Part shown: positions 50,290-64,000 of the stretch, piece by piece | Position numbering within the stretch: the first letter of the stretch is position 1 | How the letters are laid out: each line of letters opens with the position of its first letter | NCBI GenBank assembly: GCA_964016885.1 | Contig: OZ024740.1 | Span: 154,814,001-154,878,000, forward strand | DNA from: Eledone cirrhosa | Taxonomy: Eukaryota | Direction: 5' to 3' | DNA: 64,000 nucleotides | Notes under the pieces: model-generated | Told to the model about the DNA's origin: nothing | The model's database searches: none | What the model saw: only the letters and a program-made list of their open reading frames with translations | Position numbers and translations under genes: made by a program

Positions 50290-50475
50290 CACTGGCATTG
50301 TCCAACGAAAGACAAAGGTTGATAGAGTTAGGCATCAGTTTTGTTGCAATTCGTTTTTTCCAGCTGAATGAACCTGAGGAACATGAAATAAAACGTCTTG
50401 CTCATGGACACAGTATGCTTCTCAACCTGAGAATCAAACTTATGACCCTACATAGTGAGCCTTTGCAGTCATGAC
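50290..50475 (-). mobile_element. Degraded CORE-like SINE
   Basis: aacatgaaataaaacgtcttgctcatggacaca...gaatcaaact resembles 9180-9245. Confidence 0.6.
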
Positions 50476-50594
50476 AAAAGGTGGAGGGGCTTTCGATTTT
50501 ATCTCCATTAACACCTTGTCCACTTTAACATTTCAACTTAAACTATTTTATATTTGTTTAACTTTAATTCATTTCATCTCTCATATAATTCCAG

Positions 50595-50624
50595 CTGCTA
50601 CATATACTCCTGAAGCTGTTCCTG
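50595..50624 (+). CDS. Possible 30-nt phase-1/1 micro-exon (xATYTPEAVP)
   Basis: Pyrimidine-rich tract + ttccag acceptor, G|gtacgg donor, in unique sequence; same strand and phase as the Cys-rich exons. Confidence 0.3.
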
Positions 50625-50952
50625 GTACGGGTTCGACCATATTTCCATGCTTTCTTATCCGTGTAGCATGTATAATATCTGTTTGTTATCTTTTCTATGC
50701 AGTGCATAATTATGTACATACCTGAGTGACAATATATATATTGTTATAAATTACAATTTTTGTATATATGTGTATGCGTTTCTAAGTGACTGTATATTAT
50801 TGTTATAAGCTATGATTTGTGTGCGTATATATATATATATATTTGTACACATATATGTGTGCGTATTTGTATATGTGTGTGTTTGTATGTATATGTTGTT
50901 TGCCTCTAAGTAACTGTATATATAGTATTCTAAATTGCCTTTTGTATGTGTG

Positions 50953-51043
<91 letters not shown>

Positions 51044-51070
51044 ATGTAATAAACAACGCAATATAATTAT

Positions 51071-51141
51071 TCCATTTACCAAAGGTTTCACGAAGGTAGG
51101 CAAGCTCAACAGAGACGTCTGAAATTGTTCATCAGAATGAA
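51071..51141 (-). ncRNA. Type I hammerhead with extended stem II (left arm of palindrome)
   Basis: ttcatt CTGATGA acaa...tcgt GAAA cctttg GTA aatgga. Confidence 0.7.
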
Positions 51142-51145
51142 AATG

Positions 51146-51216
51146 TTCATTCTGATGAACGATTTCAGGCGTCTCTGTTGAGCTCGCCTGTCTTCGTAAA
51201 ACCTTTGGTAAATGGA
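51146..51216 (+). ncRNA. Hammerhead copy with G12A lesion (right arm of palindrome)
   Basis: ttcatt CTGATGA acga..caggcg..cgcctg..tcgt AAAA cctttg GTA aatgga. Confidence 0.6.
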
Positions 51217-51307
51217 ATAATTGTATTGTGTTGTTTATTACATAATTAAATAGCTCTGTAGCATACATAGAGCACTCTTCCTTCCTTTACCCTTTCTACG
51301 GAAATAC

Positions 51308-51349
<42 letters not shown>

Positions 51350-51403
51350 GTAGTGAAAGAGGCAAGAATAACATGGTTGGCTGTACAAAAAGGGTTTTAT
51401 TTA

Positions 51404-51518
51404 CAGTATTAACAATTGTTTCATTGATCAGGTGAGTCTAAAGGCCGCTAATCACTCGAAGTTGCGTCACTCGACCTTAAATACAGTGTGTGTCTCTGAT
51501 CAAATCATCGGAATACTG
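51404..51518 (-). ncRNA. Hammerhead ribozyme, U4C core, ~60-nt insert in stem II, GUU site
   Basis: cagtatt CCGATGA t ttgatcag...ctgatcaa t GAAA caattg TT aatactg, then AATAAA. Confidence 0.75.
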
Positions 51519-51804
51519 GAGGGTTTAACACATGGCATTGGTATTTATAGATACATCGGAGAATCAAAACAATAACATCAATAATAAAAGATAATAATAA
51601 AGAAGTTAGAAGGAAAATGATAAAGATGTAAAAAAATAAGTACAGAATACGATTGCTGATAATAGTAGTAGTGGTGGGGGTAGTGAAGTTACAGTAGTGA
51701 GTATGTGGATGTGTAAAGTAGTGATGACGGTAGAGATAACCATAACATGAAAAGGAACATTAAATACATATGTAGTATAAATGTACGAGGTATGATCAAA
51801 TCCC

Positions 51805-51844
<40 letters not shown>

Positions 51845-51873
51845 ATATAGATATAGATATATGTATATATATG

Positions 51874-52016
<143 letters not shown>

Positions 52017-52102
52017 GTATATGTATATATACATGTATATATATTTATATATATATGTATATATATATATATGTATATATATTTATATATATATATATAT
52101 AT

Positions 52103-52868
52103 AAATTAATAAGGTAATGAATTCTTTTACAATGGAATCAGCTCGAAGGAGGAAAATACCCCCTGAGCAGTGTATAAATTAATATGTATGTGATGAAACA
52201 CAGATACCAACACATCTGTATATATATTGCAAAAGAAAAATTTAGCCAGATTGAAGTATACTAATTATTATACTACAGTTTGTCCATATCGATTTAAAAT
52301 AATAAATCAACGGAGACGAACTGTATTGGCAAAAGGCCGTGATGTTTAGACACATTTAAATTTCAAAATCAAACCTGTTCCGTAGATAAGTTTAAACTTT
52401 AAGATCCAAATATGTTTCGAGTTAAATAAGTGTAGGAATATCATGTCCTACTCTCCTCAGTAAACATCCAGAGACAAATTGATATGCTTCACTTCTAAAT
52501 AATTTAAAAGACTGCGTGACGCACATGGTTTTACAGTATCTAACTAGTCTCATAACCGTACTGCTAGAAATAACAGTCGTATATATGAGGCGGCTTGCAG
52601 CTCAAATTAGGAGCAGTTAAAATTAATAAGGTAATGAATTCTTTTACAATGGAATCAGCTCGAAGGAGGAAAATACCCCCTGAGCAGTGTATAAATTAAT
52701 ATGTATGTGATGAAACACAGATACCAACACATCTGATTTATTATTTTAAATCGATATGGACAAACTGTAGTATAATAATTAGTATACTTCAATCTGGCTA
52801 AATTTTTCTTTTGCAATATATATACAGATGTGTTGGTATCTGTGTTTCATCACATACATATTAATTTA
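52103..52868. mobile_element. Rearranged non-coding unit with direct and inverted repeats and a degenerate HHR (52404-52465, minus)
   Basis: 52103-52217 repeated at 52620-52735; ~52170-52305 inverted at ~52738-52868; CTGAGGA gag..ctc GAAA on minus. Confidence 0.55.
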
Positions 52869-52891
52869 TATATATATATGTATATATATGT

Positions 52892-55800
52892 ATCATCATC
52901 ATCATCATCATCAACGTTTAACGTCCGTGTTCCACGCTTGCATGGGTTTGGACGGGGGTATTCCCACTTGAGGCAAGAGTGGTTGTCTTGCTCGCATAGG
53001 ACTATCTGGCGGGTTTTCTACAGCTGGATGCCCTTCCTAACACCAACCACATTTACAGTGTGGGTCTGGGAGGTTTTTACCGTGTTGCCTACACGGCCAC
53101 GTTACAGCGTGGACTGTGTGTTTTTTTGTCGTGACACCTACACGATCTCATTTGTTTCGGCCTGGATGGTGTGGCACCAACATTACTTTACATAGGAGGG
53201 GGTGGTGTGGATGGGGTGGGGGTGTATTTTGTTAGAGATGCCTACTGGCTGTAGTAGGTTTTACTATGTATTTAGGTAAGGCGGGTCTTCTCTATTACTG
53301 AGTACCGCCAAAGGTCTCGGTCCAGTGACATTGTCTTGGAGAGGTGTAAGTGTGTGAGGTCGGAGTTTATCAGCTCGTCCCAGGATTTTCTAGGTCTGCC
53401 TATTCCGTGGCTACCGTCTATCTTTATTGCCCTGCACTTTGTTATACAGCTATCGACTTTCATGCGCATCACGTGTCCATACCAACGTAGCCTTCTCTCG
53501 AGTAAACAACATCTGATCCCTCTTATTTCTAATTCTTTCCTTAGTTCGTTTATGCTTTGCCGTTCACGTATATTACTATTACACATCCAGCGGAGCATGC
53601 AAGCTTCGTTCCTCTCTAGTCTGCGTATATCCTCTGCACACAATGCCCAGGTCTCACTGCCATGCAACATTGCTGTTCGTATGCAGGCATCATACAACCT
53701 GCCTTTCATTTTTAGGGAGAACCCTTTAGCGGCTAATAGTGGTATAAGCTCTCTGAACTTATTCCATCCCGTTCTGACTCTAGCTACTGTACTTTCAGAG
53801 CACCCTCCTCCACTGCTGATTTTGTCACCCAGGTAACGGAAGCTGTCCACTATTTCTATAGAGCCCTCTGCGCAGTTGTAAGAGCTAGTATTTGTGGGCA
53901 CTTGCTGCTACTTATTGCACCAGAGCACCGCCCACATGTAAAATCTATGTTCTGAGTTAGCTTACCTGTGATCCCACTACATCTTTTATGCACCCATACT
54001 TTGCATTTGGGACATAAAATGGAGTTTCTACCTACGCCTTTCCTACACACTGAGCATGGCCATTTCCCGGAAGGGACCGCCGCCTTATTTTCTTTCCTAC
54101 AAACTAGAACTTTAGTCTTAGCCAGGTTAATTTTAAGGCCTTTTGATTCTAGGCCGTGCTTCCATGTTTGGAATTTCTTCTCTAGCTCGGCCATTGATTC
54201 AGCTATGAGTGTCAGGTCGTCTGCGTATAGGAGTTCCCATGGGCAGCCGGTCTTGAACTCCTCTGTTATAGCCTGAAGGGCAATAATAAATAGTAGGGGG
54301 CTGAGAACAGAGCCCTGATGGACGCCAACTTTTACGCTAAACTCTTCACTATATTCGTTGTTAATTCTAACCTTGCTGACTGTTTCTTTATACATGGCTT
54401 GTATAGCTCTCACAAGCCATTCGTCGACACCTAGTTTTCTAAGGGCCCACCAGATAATGGAACGAGGGACTCTGTCGAAGACTTTCTCCAAGTAGTCGAC
54501 AAAAGCTAAGTAGAGGGGTTTACCTTTAGCTAGGTACTTCTTTTGTAGTTGACGTACAATGAAAAGAGCGTCTGTGGTACTTTTGCCTGACACAAACCCG
54601 AACTGCATTTCATCTAGGTCAATTCTCTCTCTGATTAGTTGCGCTATTACTTTTTCCGTGACCTTCATGACCTGGTCGATTAATTTAATGCCTCTATAGT
54701 TACTCCTATCTAGGGCATCTCCTTTACCCTTATAACAGTTAACGATGATGCTGCTATGCCAGTCCTTCGGAACAACCACATTCTGTACGACTTGGTTAAC
54801 TATCCGGGTGACCATGGTGTGTCCCACCGTGCCAGATGCCTTCAGCATCTCAGCAACTATTTCCGAAGGCCCAGCCGCCTTACCCGTCTTCATATCTTTG
54901 ATTGCCTTACTTATTATACTACCCTCGACTAACACTGCTGGTCCCTCTATTGGGTCGATGTGGGGGAGACTGTCTTTCTCCCATTTATTCTCCTCATTTA
55001 GTAGCCTTTCATAGTGACACTTCCAAGCTACCTTCTTATCAGCGTCAGTGATGGCAAGTACGCCGTCATCATTGAGTACACACTTCTCCCCGACAATAAA
55101 CGGTTTTCCTTGACACATTGCCTAGCAATCCTGAACACCTCACGTTTTTGGTCCTCGCGTTGTAGAACATGCTTGAACTTTCTTTCCTCTGCTTCCCTTC
55201 TTGCGAAGTACACTTGTCTCCTAGCTTCCCTCCTGGCCACTTGATAGTCTTCTCTACTTCCCCCATCCCGCCATACTTTCCAAGCCTGCTTTTTGGCCTT
55301 AATTGACCCCTCCACCTTACTGTTCCACCACCATGTTACTCTCCTCCTGCCAACAGGCCTGCTCCAGCCACAGACTTCGTCTGTCGCCATCAGCAGGTTT
55401 GCTTTCAGAAATTCCCACTGTCGCTCTATATTGTCCGACTCTAAATGCTCTTCCTTACTGTCGAAAGCATCAAGTAATATGCTTTGAAATTTATTTCTGG
55501 CTGTGGGGTCCTTTAGCTTCCATATTTTTCTCCTGAGGATAGTCCTCTTCTGCTGTCGAGTACGTCTCGTCCTGACTATGAGGTCGCTAATTATCAGTCT
55601 ATGTTGGGAGGTGCATTCTTCATGGGGGGGGGGGATTTAGTGTTTACAACAGACACTCTGTCACGTCTTCTGGTAAGGATATAATCTACCTGGCTTGTGT
55701 GTTCCCCGGATCTATAGGTGATCAGGTGATTGTCGCGTTTTTTGAAGTTAGTGTTACAGATAGTTAGGTTATTTGCGTCACAGAATTCCAGGATTCTGGA

Positions 55801-56400
55801 GCCTTCCTCATTTCTAGTACCAAACCCATAGCCTCCATGGATTTCGTCGTAGCCGTCACAATGTTGTCCAACGTGACCATTTAGGTCGCCTGCAATAATT
55901 ATATAGTCACTGTCGGTTATTTGGGAGGTAGTGAGCATCAGTGTCTCATAGAATCTGTCTTTTATAGTGCCGGGAAGTCCGGATTGGGGTGCGTACGCAG
56001 ATATTACTGTCACCGTAGTTCTATTGAGGACAAGTCTTATTTTAATTATTCTGTCGTTCACTCTATTTACGTCTATTATCTTATCTGCCCACTTTTCTGC
56101 TACCATGATTCCTACTCCACCCAGCCCATCGTCGTTTCCCACACAGAAAAGCTTAGAACATCGTTTTTTACCCTCAATGAATCTAGCAGACCCACCCCTC
56201 CACCTGGTCTCTTGAATACAACAAACATCGACCTCCTTACGTTCAAGCATTTCTACAACCTCGTTAGCGCTACCCTTTAAGGTGCCTACATTTATGGTAC
56301 GAACTCTGAAGTTTGGGATTGCGTTTGGAGGGTGGTGGCGGGGGGAGATGGGGTTATGTTAGCCGTCCGCGGTCGAAACAAAGAGGAGTGCTCGCATTCT
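52892..56400 (-). pseudogene. Near full-length frameshifted RTE LINE (second subfamily)
   Basis: APE (55594-56250), RT (53856-55118) and C-terminal (53272-53901) ORF pieces; (ATG)n tail. Confidence 0.93.
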
Positions 56401-56499
56401 TGTATATGTATATATGTATATGTATATATATTTATATATGTATATGTATATATATGTATATGTATATATATGTATATGTATATATATATATATGTATAT

Positions 56500-56537
<38 letters not shown>

Positions 56538-56619
56538 GTTATTCCGGGTTGAATCGGAGGTAACCACAGTAAGTAAGGTACTCAATACATAGCAGAGTAT
56601 AACAGTTTTAATATAGATG

Positions 56620-56670
56620 AGATTCTACAGGACTAGAACTGTTTCATTCATTAGAAATCATCAGGAATCT
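56620..56670 (-). ncRNA. Type I hammerhead (inverted pLTR)
   Basis: Reverse complement of 58601-58651. Confidence 0.85.
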
Positions 56671-57130
56671 GGGTATCAAAAAATAAATATGGTATTTATA
56701 GGTCTCTACAAGTGGTAGGAGAGGGTGGGGAGTGGGATGGGTGCAGGTCATTGGTTGATAGAAAAGGGAATTCATTAAAAGCTAATTCTACAAAGCTATA
56801 GTTAATTTATATTTATTTATGTTTTTAGTGTAACAAAGGCAGACAGAATTCTATAAACAGGTTTCGGATGGCATACCATTCCTTGTCAATAAGTTTCTCT
56901 TAAGCTAGCAGATGTCTATAAAATCAGTGGGGGGTCATTCATGCTCGATAGAATTAAAGAAAAGGGAGATTCTTTAAAAGCTAAAGTCATTAAGGTTCTA
57001 CTAAGTGACAAAGGTCTAGGGAGTTCTGCAGACAGATTCAAAATACTGAGTGCATATCTTACTATTATCTTCGAACTTCTCTTAAACTAATCAACAATAT
57101 GCCAAATCAACAGACACATTCACAAAAAAA

Positions 57131-57164
<34 letters not shown>

Positions 57165-57340
57165 AGAAAAACAAAAAAACACACCTAAAAAACAAAAAAA
57201 CACACATACTCACTCACACACTTACGCGCAACCATAAACACACACACAAACACATATACACACAAAAAAACACACACATATATAAAAAATATATAAATAT
57301 ATACAAATATATATTCATGTACACACACATGTGTATGTAT

Positions 57341-57386
<46 letters not shown>

Positions 57387-57402
57387 TTGTATGTGTGTGT
57401 AT

Positions 57403-57498
<96 letters not shown>

Positions 57499-57505
57499 AT
57501 ATGTA

Positions 57506-57548
<43 letters not shown>

Positions 57549-57735
57549 GTATATATATGTGTGTATGTATGTGTGTATATGTATGTGTATATATGTATAT
57601 ATATATGTGTGTGTATGTGTGTGTGTATAGATATTTATACATATGTATACTCGTGTTTGTATGTATGCGTGTGAGTGTATTTATTTGTGTATATATGTGT
57701 GTATGTGTGTATGTATGTGTATGTGTGTGTGTATC

Positions 57736-57770
<35 letters not shown>

Positions 57771-57830
57771 TTGTATATATATGTATGTATATGTGTATGT
57801 ATATATATATGTATATATGTGTGTGTGTGT

Positions 57831-57890
<60 letters not shown>

Positions 57891-58600
57891 GTGCGTATGT
57901 ATATGTGTATATGTATTATATATGTATGTATGTAGGTATGTGTGTATGTATGTGTGTGTACATGAATATATATTTGTATATATTTATATATTTTTTATAT
58001 ATGTGTGTGTGTTTTTATGTGTGTATATGTGTTTGTGTGTGTGTTTATGGTTGCGCGTAAGTGTGTGAGTGAGTATGTGTGTTTTTTTGTTTTTTAGGTG
58101 TGTTTTTTTGTTTTTCTGTTTTTGTTTTTTTTGTTTTTTTTTTTTTTGTGAATGTGTCTGTTGATTTGGCATATTGTTGATTAGTTTAAGAGAAGTTCGA
58201 AGATAATAGTAAGATATGCACTCAGTATTTTGAATCTGTCTGCAGAACTCCCTAGACCTTTGTCACTTAGTAGAACCTTAATGACTTTAGCTTTTAAAGA
58301 ATCTCCCTTTTCTTTAATTCTATCGAGCATGAATGACCCCCCACTGATTTTATAGACATCTGCTAGCTTAAGAGAAACTTATTGACAAGGAATGGTATGC
58401 CATCCGGAACCTGTTTATAGAATTCTGTCTGCCTTTGTTACTCTAAAAACATAAATAAATATAAATTAACTATAGCTTTGTAGAATTAGCTTTTAATGAA
58501 TTCCCTTTTCTATCAACCAATGACCTGCACCCATCCCACTCCCCACCCTCTCCTACCACTTGTAGAGACCTATAAATACCATATTTATTTTTTGATACCC

Positions 58601-58651
58601 AGATTCCTGATGATTTCTAATGAATGAAACAGTTCTAGTCCTGTAGAATCT
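58601..58651 (+). ncRNA. Type I hammerhead (5' pLTR)
   Basis: agattc CTGATGA t ttc taat gaa t GAAA cag ttctagtc ctG TA gaatct. Confidence 0.85.
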
Positions 58652-58781
58652 CATCTATATTAAAACTGTTATACTCTGCTATGTATTGAGTACCTTACTT
58701 ACTGTGGTTACCTCCGATTCAACCCGGAATAACGTACATTTTAGCACTCTCTGTGCCCCTTATAACCATCATCAAGAAACC

Positions 58782-60923
58782 ATGCTGACCAAACTCGACC
58801 TTGATATTTCCTTGAAGAACATCCCTATCCCTCCAAGGAAACTATACTTAAAAACACTCATCAGACGTACCGACGAGTTCATCAAGCGAATTAGATGGAG
58901 GGCCTTCTTCCTCGACAACCCTGATGTAGCATCTACCAATGATGAGAAGTTCGGCTTCAAAACGAATAAGACACCACCCACCAACAGCCTACTCCAACCA
59001 TTTGAGGAAGACCTCTTCAAGATGATCAAGGATATTAAATTCCGTAGAGCCACCACACCATTCCAGGCCTACTTAAATGCCGAATTACGGAATATAAAAA
59101 AATCCCCTAATCTTTATGTCTCCTCCGATAAAACCAAAAACGTTTATGAGGTAGACCCACAGACCTACAATAAGCTGGCAAAAAATACCATCACGACCAC
59201 CTACAAAAAGGTAATAGAGAGGGCGCTGACTGAGACAAACGCGGCCGGAAAAGAAATCGCCAAGTCCCTTAAATTACATGACCGAACCGAACCTTTAAGG
59301 GTAAAGACCCCGCACTTTACCCTGAAGGACCATAAGGGAAATTTCCTCAACAAACCATCAGTCAGACTTATCAACCCCACTCGTTCTGACATCGGCTCTA
59401 TCAGTAAGAAGATCCTGGATAGAGTTCTACCATTATTGCGGGCGGCCTCACCACTTCCACTCTGGAGTAGAACATCTGAGGCAATATCATGGTTCCAAGA
59501 ATTACCCGATAAACACCACACTCGCTTCCTGCAACTCGACATAGAAAACTACTATGCCTCTATCTCGGAGCCCCTCCTGAAGGACGCAATTAACTTTGCC
59601 AGGAATTTTACCACCATTACCGATGTCGAGCAAGTTATTATCCTCCACGCTCGTAAGACCTTCCTATACCACGATGGATCTTACTGGATCAACAAGAAAT
59701 CTCAGACCCCATTTGACGTTAGCATGGGGGCGAGTGACTCGGCTGAAATTAGCGACCTTGTGGGCCTGTACATCCTACATAACCTGAAGAACCTCTTTAC
59801 CGGCCTTACTGGAGGTTTATACCGAGACGACGGCCTCTTCGCCCTGCATAAGGTTAGCCCCAGAACCACCGATGGGTTTCGGAAAAACTTAAGCTCTTTC
59901 TTCTCTAATCTAGGATTTAGTATAACTATAGATTCTAATTTGACTAGGGCCAACTTCTTAGATGTCACTCTCGACCTAGATACTTCCCTCTATTACCCGT
60001 ACCACAAACCTAACGAGTCCCTTAAATATATTAATGTTAATTCAAACCACCCCCAAAACATTACTGATAACCTAGTAAAAAGCGTCTCTATTAGAATATC
60101 TGGCCTCTCCGCCAACAAAGATATTTTTAATGCATCTGCCTCCTACTACAATGACGCCCTAGCCCGTAGCGGATTTAAAGATAAGATAACTTACCTAGAA
60201 ACCACCGCAAAATTGCAGAGGAGGAATAGACATAGGCAGATTAGCTGGTACAACCCTCCCTTCAATAGAGAGGTATCTACTCCGATAGCTAGGATTTTCT
60301 TCACTTTACTGAAATTACACTTCCCCATACAACATAGGTACTACACCATCTTTAATAAGAACACTATAAGACTGTCTTACTCCACCACACCTAACCTAGC
60401 TAGGAATATAGCCAACCACAACTCTAAACTAAATAAGCCAACCACCTCCGAAACAAATCCCCGGACTGGGGCTCTATGTAATTGCCTAAATAAAGAAGCA
60501 TGCCCACTAGTAAACAAATGCCTCACAAACGACATCGTATACAAATGCGATGTCATCTCGGGCACCGAGGATTGCAAAAAAACTTACATCGGCATGACCT
60601 CCAACACCTTTAAGACCCGCTGGTATGCCCATACCCACTCCTTCAGAAGACCGGATAAATCAAATCAAACAACACTCGCCTCCTACGTTTGGGACCTCAA
60701 AAGGAACTCCACCCCCTTCACGCTTAATTGGAAAATACTCCAGAAAGCGCGCTCTTACAACGGAGGACACAAGGGCTGCGACCTTTGTATTTCAGAGAGC
60801 TACGAAATTTTATTCGCCAAGGGCCCGCTACTGAACAAACTCTCTGAACACTGCCCGAACTGCATGCACAAGAACTTTGCAACATTCAAACACTTTAAGC
60901 CAGTGTTAAAGCCCGATGGCTAA
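58782..60923 (+). CDS. Intact PLE RT + Cys linker + GIY-YIG endonuclease (713 aa from first ATG)
   Basis: QLDIENYY, SMGASDSA, LYRDD, NFLDVTL, CNC..CPL..C, IVY..YIGMT..FKTR, CDLC. Confidence 0.95.
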   Translation: MLTKLDLDISLKNIPIPPRKLYLKTLIRRTDEFIKRIRWRAFFLDNPDVASTNDEKFGFKTNKTPPTNSLLQPFEEDLFKMIKDIKFRRATTPFQAYLNAELRNIKKSPNLYVSSDKTKNVYEVDPQTYNKLAKNTITTTYKKVIERALTETNAAGKEIAKSLKLHDRTEPLRVKTPHFTLKDHKGNFLNKPSVRLINPTRSDIGSISKKILDRVLPLLRAASPLPLWSRTSEAISWFQELPDKHHTRFLQLDIENYYASISEPLLKDAINFARNFTTITDVEQVIILHARKTFLYHDGSYWINKKSQTPFDVSMGASDSAEISDLVGLYILHNLKNLFTGLTGGLYRDDGLFALHKVSPRTTDGFRKNLSSFFSNLGFSITIDSNLTRANFLDVTLDLDTSLYYPYHKPNESLKYINVNSNHPQNITDNLVKSVSIRISGLSANKDIFNASASYYNDALARSGFKDKITYLETTAKLQRRNRHRQISWYNPPFNREVSTPIARIFFTLLKLHFPIQHRYYTIFNKNTIRLSYSTTPNLARNIANHNSKLNKPTTSETNPRTGALCNCLNKEACPLVNKCLTNDIVYKCDVISGTEDCKKTYIGMTSNTFKTRWYAHTHSFRRPDKSNQTTLASYVWDLKRNSTPFTLNWKILQKARSYNGGHKGCDLCISESYEILFAKGPLLNKLSEHCPNCMHKNFATFKHFKPVLKPDG

Positions 60924-61168
60924 AAACGACCACCCCCTATTGGCCCCTATACCTCCTCCCCACCCTACCCCCACCCCTCCTCAACCTGAAATACGGCCAC
61001 TATGGTCATGTGAGTACCTCTTTTGTATCTACTTTTTCTGCCTGTAGAGGTGTCTTTATGTGCCTGTGTATATGCGTATATTTATTGAGTACCTATTTAC
61101 CTGTATGTGTATATATTTTTTTGTATATGTGTATATGTGTATGTGTTGTGTGTATATATATATATATG

Positions 61169-61235
<67 letters not shown>

Positions 61236-61409
61236 GTATATATATATGTATATATATATGTTTGTGTGAATATGTGTTTTATGTGTGTATATTTATGTAG
61301 GTATATGTTTGTATGTGTTTGTGTATATGTATGTATGTATGTATGTATGTGTGTATATATATGTATGTATATGTGTGTGTATATGTGTATATATATGTAT
61401 ATATGTTTG

Positions 61410-61450
<41 letters not shown>

Positions 61451-61629
61451 GTGTGTATGTGTGTGTATTTGTGAGTGTATATGTACATATATGTGTGTAT
61501 GTGTATGTATGTATGTGTATATATATGTGTATGTATATGTATATGCATATGTGTATATATATATGTATATATATGTATATATATATATATATGTGTATGT
61601 GTATGTATGTATGTATTTGTATGTGTGTG

Positions 61630-61662
<33 letters not shown>

Positions 61663-61708
61663 GTGCATGAGAGAGAGAGTGTGTGGGTGTGTGTATGTGT
61701 GTATGCGC

Positions 61709-61766
<58 letters not shown>

Positions 61767-61767
61767 A

Positions 61768-61812
<45 letters not shown>

Positions 61813-61911
61813 ATGTATATATGTGTGTGTATATGTGCGTTATATGTCTGTATATATATGTGTATATTTATGTATAGGTCTGTGTATGTATGTGTATGTT
61901 TGTGTATGTAT

Positions 61912-62017
<106 letters not shown>

Positions 62018-62033
62018 TTGTATGTGTGTGTAT

Positions 62034-62097
<64 letters not shown>

Positions 62098-62104
62098 ATA
62101 TGTA

Positions 62105-62161
<57 letters not shown>

Positions 62162-62358
62162 GTATATATATGTGTGTATGTATGTGTGTATATGTATGTG
62201 TATATATGTATATATGTATATATATATATGTGTGTGTATGTGTGTGTGTATAGATATTTATACATATGTATACTCGTGTTTGTATGTATGCGTGTGAGTG
62301 TATTTATTTGTGTATATATGTGTGTATGTGTGTATGTATGTGTATGTGTGTGTGTATC

Positions 62359-62447
<89 letters not shown>

Positions 62448-62506
62448 ATATATATGTATGTATATGTGTATGTATATATATATGTATATATGTATGTGTG
62501 TGTGTA

Positions 62507-62561
<55 letters not shown>

Positions 62562-62620
62562 ATATATATGTATGTATATGTGTATGTATATATATATGTA
62601 TATATGTATGTGTGTGTGTA

Positions 62621-62677
<57 letters not shown>

Positions 62678-63397
62678 ATATATATGTATGTATATGTGTA
62701 TGTATATATATATGTATATATGTATGTGTGTATGTATGTGTGTGTACATGAATATATATTTGTATATATTTATATATTTTTTATATATGTGTGTGTGTTT
62801 TTATGGGTGTATATGTGTTTGTGTGTGTGTTTATGGTTGCGCGTAAGTGTGTGAGTGAGTATGTGTGTTTTTTTGTTTTTTAGGTGTGTTTTTTTTGTTT
62901 TTCTGTTTTTTTTTTGTTTTTTTTTTTTTGTTTTTTTGTTTTTTGTGAATGTGTCTGTTGATTTGGCATATTGTTGATTAGTTTAAGAGAAGTTCGAAGA
63001 TAATAGTAAGATATGCACTCAGTATTTTGAATCTGTCTGCAGAACTCCCTAGACCTTTGTCACTTAGTAGAACCTTAATGACTTTAGCTTTTAAAGAATC
63101 TCCCTTTTCTTTAATTCTATCGAGCATGAATGACCCCCCACTGATTTTATAGACATCTGCTAGCTTAAGAGAAACTTATTGACAAGGAATGGTATGCCAT
63201 CCGGAACCTGTTTATAGAATTCTGTCTGCCTTTGTTACTCTAAAAACATAAATAAATATATATTAACTATAGCTTTGTAGAATTAGCTTTTAATGAATTC
63301 CCTTTTCTATCAACCAATGACCTGCACCCATCCCACTCCCCACCCTCTCCTACCACTTGTAGAGACCTATAAATACCATATTTATTTTTTGATACCC

Positions 63398-63448
63398 AGA
63401 TTCCTGATGATTTCTAATGAATGAAACAGTTCTAGTCCTGTAGAATCT
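63398..63448 (+). ncRNA. Type I hammerhead (3' pLTR)
   Basis: Same sequence as 58601-58651. Confidence 0.85.
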
Positions 63449-63460
63449 CATCTATATTAA

Positions 63461-64000
<540 letters not shown>

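Overview
Eukaryotic, repeat-saturated, probably intronic DNA. The SINE types, RTE LINEs and very long (TA)n arrays suggest a cephalopod such as Octopus (inference). Much of the window is degenerate (TA)n/(CA)n microsatellite, and the many YI-repeat ORFs come from it. Inserted in the arrays are Penelope-like elements (PLEs; one intact RT+GIY-YIG ORF, one partial-tandem pseudogene, several fragments), RTE LINEs (one intact 1040-aa ORF), CR1 and L1/Tx1 fragments and tRNA-derived SINEs. Manual reading found two things absent from the ORF track. (1) About 28 type-I hammerhead ribozyme (HHR) motifs of about 15 sequence families, many with non-canonical cores (U4C, compensatory U3-A8) or long branched stem II. 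They lie in PLE pseudo-LTRs (pLTRs) and in small non-coding retrozyme-like units, including a 5-copy ~1 kb array, and inversion breakpoints often fall at or near the ribozyme. (2) Two tandem-duplicated, open, phase-1/1 host exons encoding six-cysteine ShK-like domains, with ~26% amino acid identity but much better conserved flanking introns. All structures were folded by eye and none has been tested.
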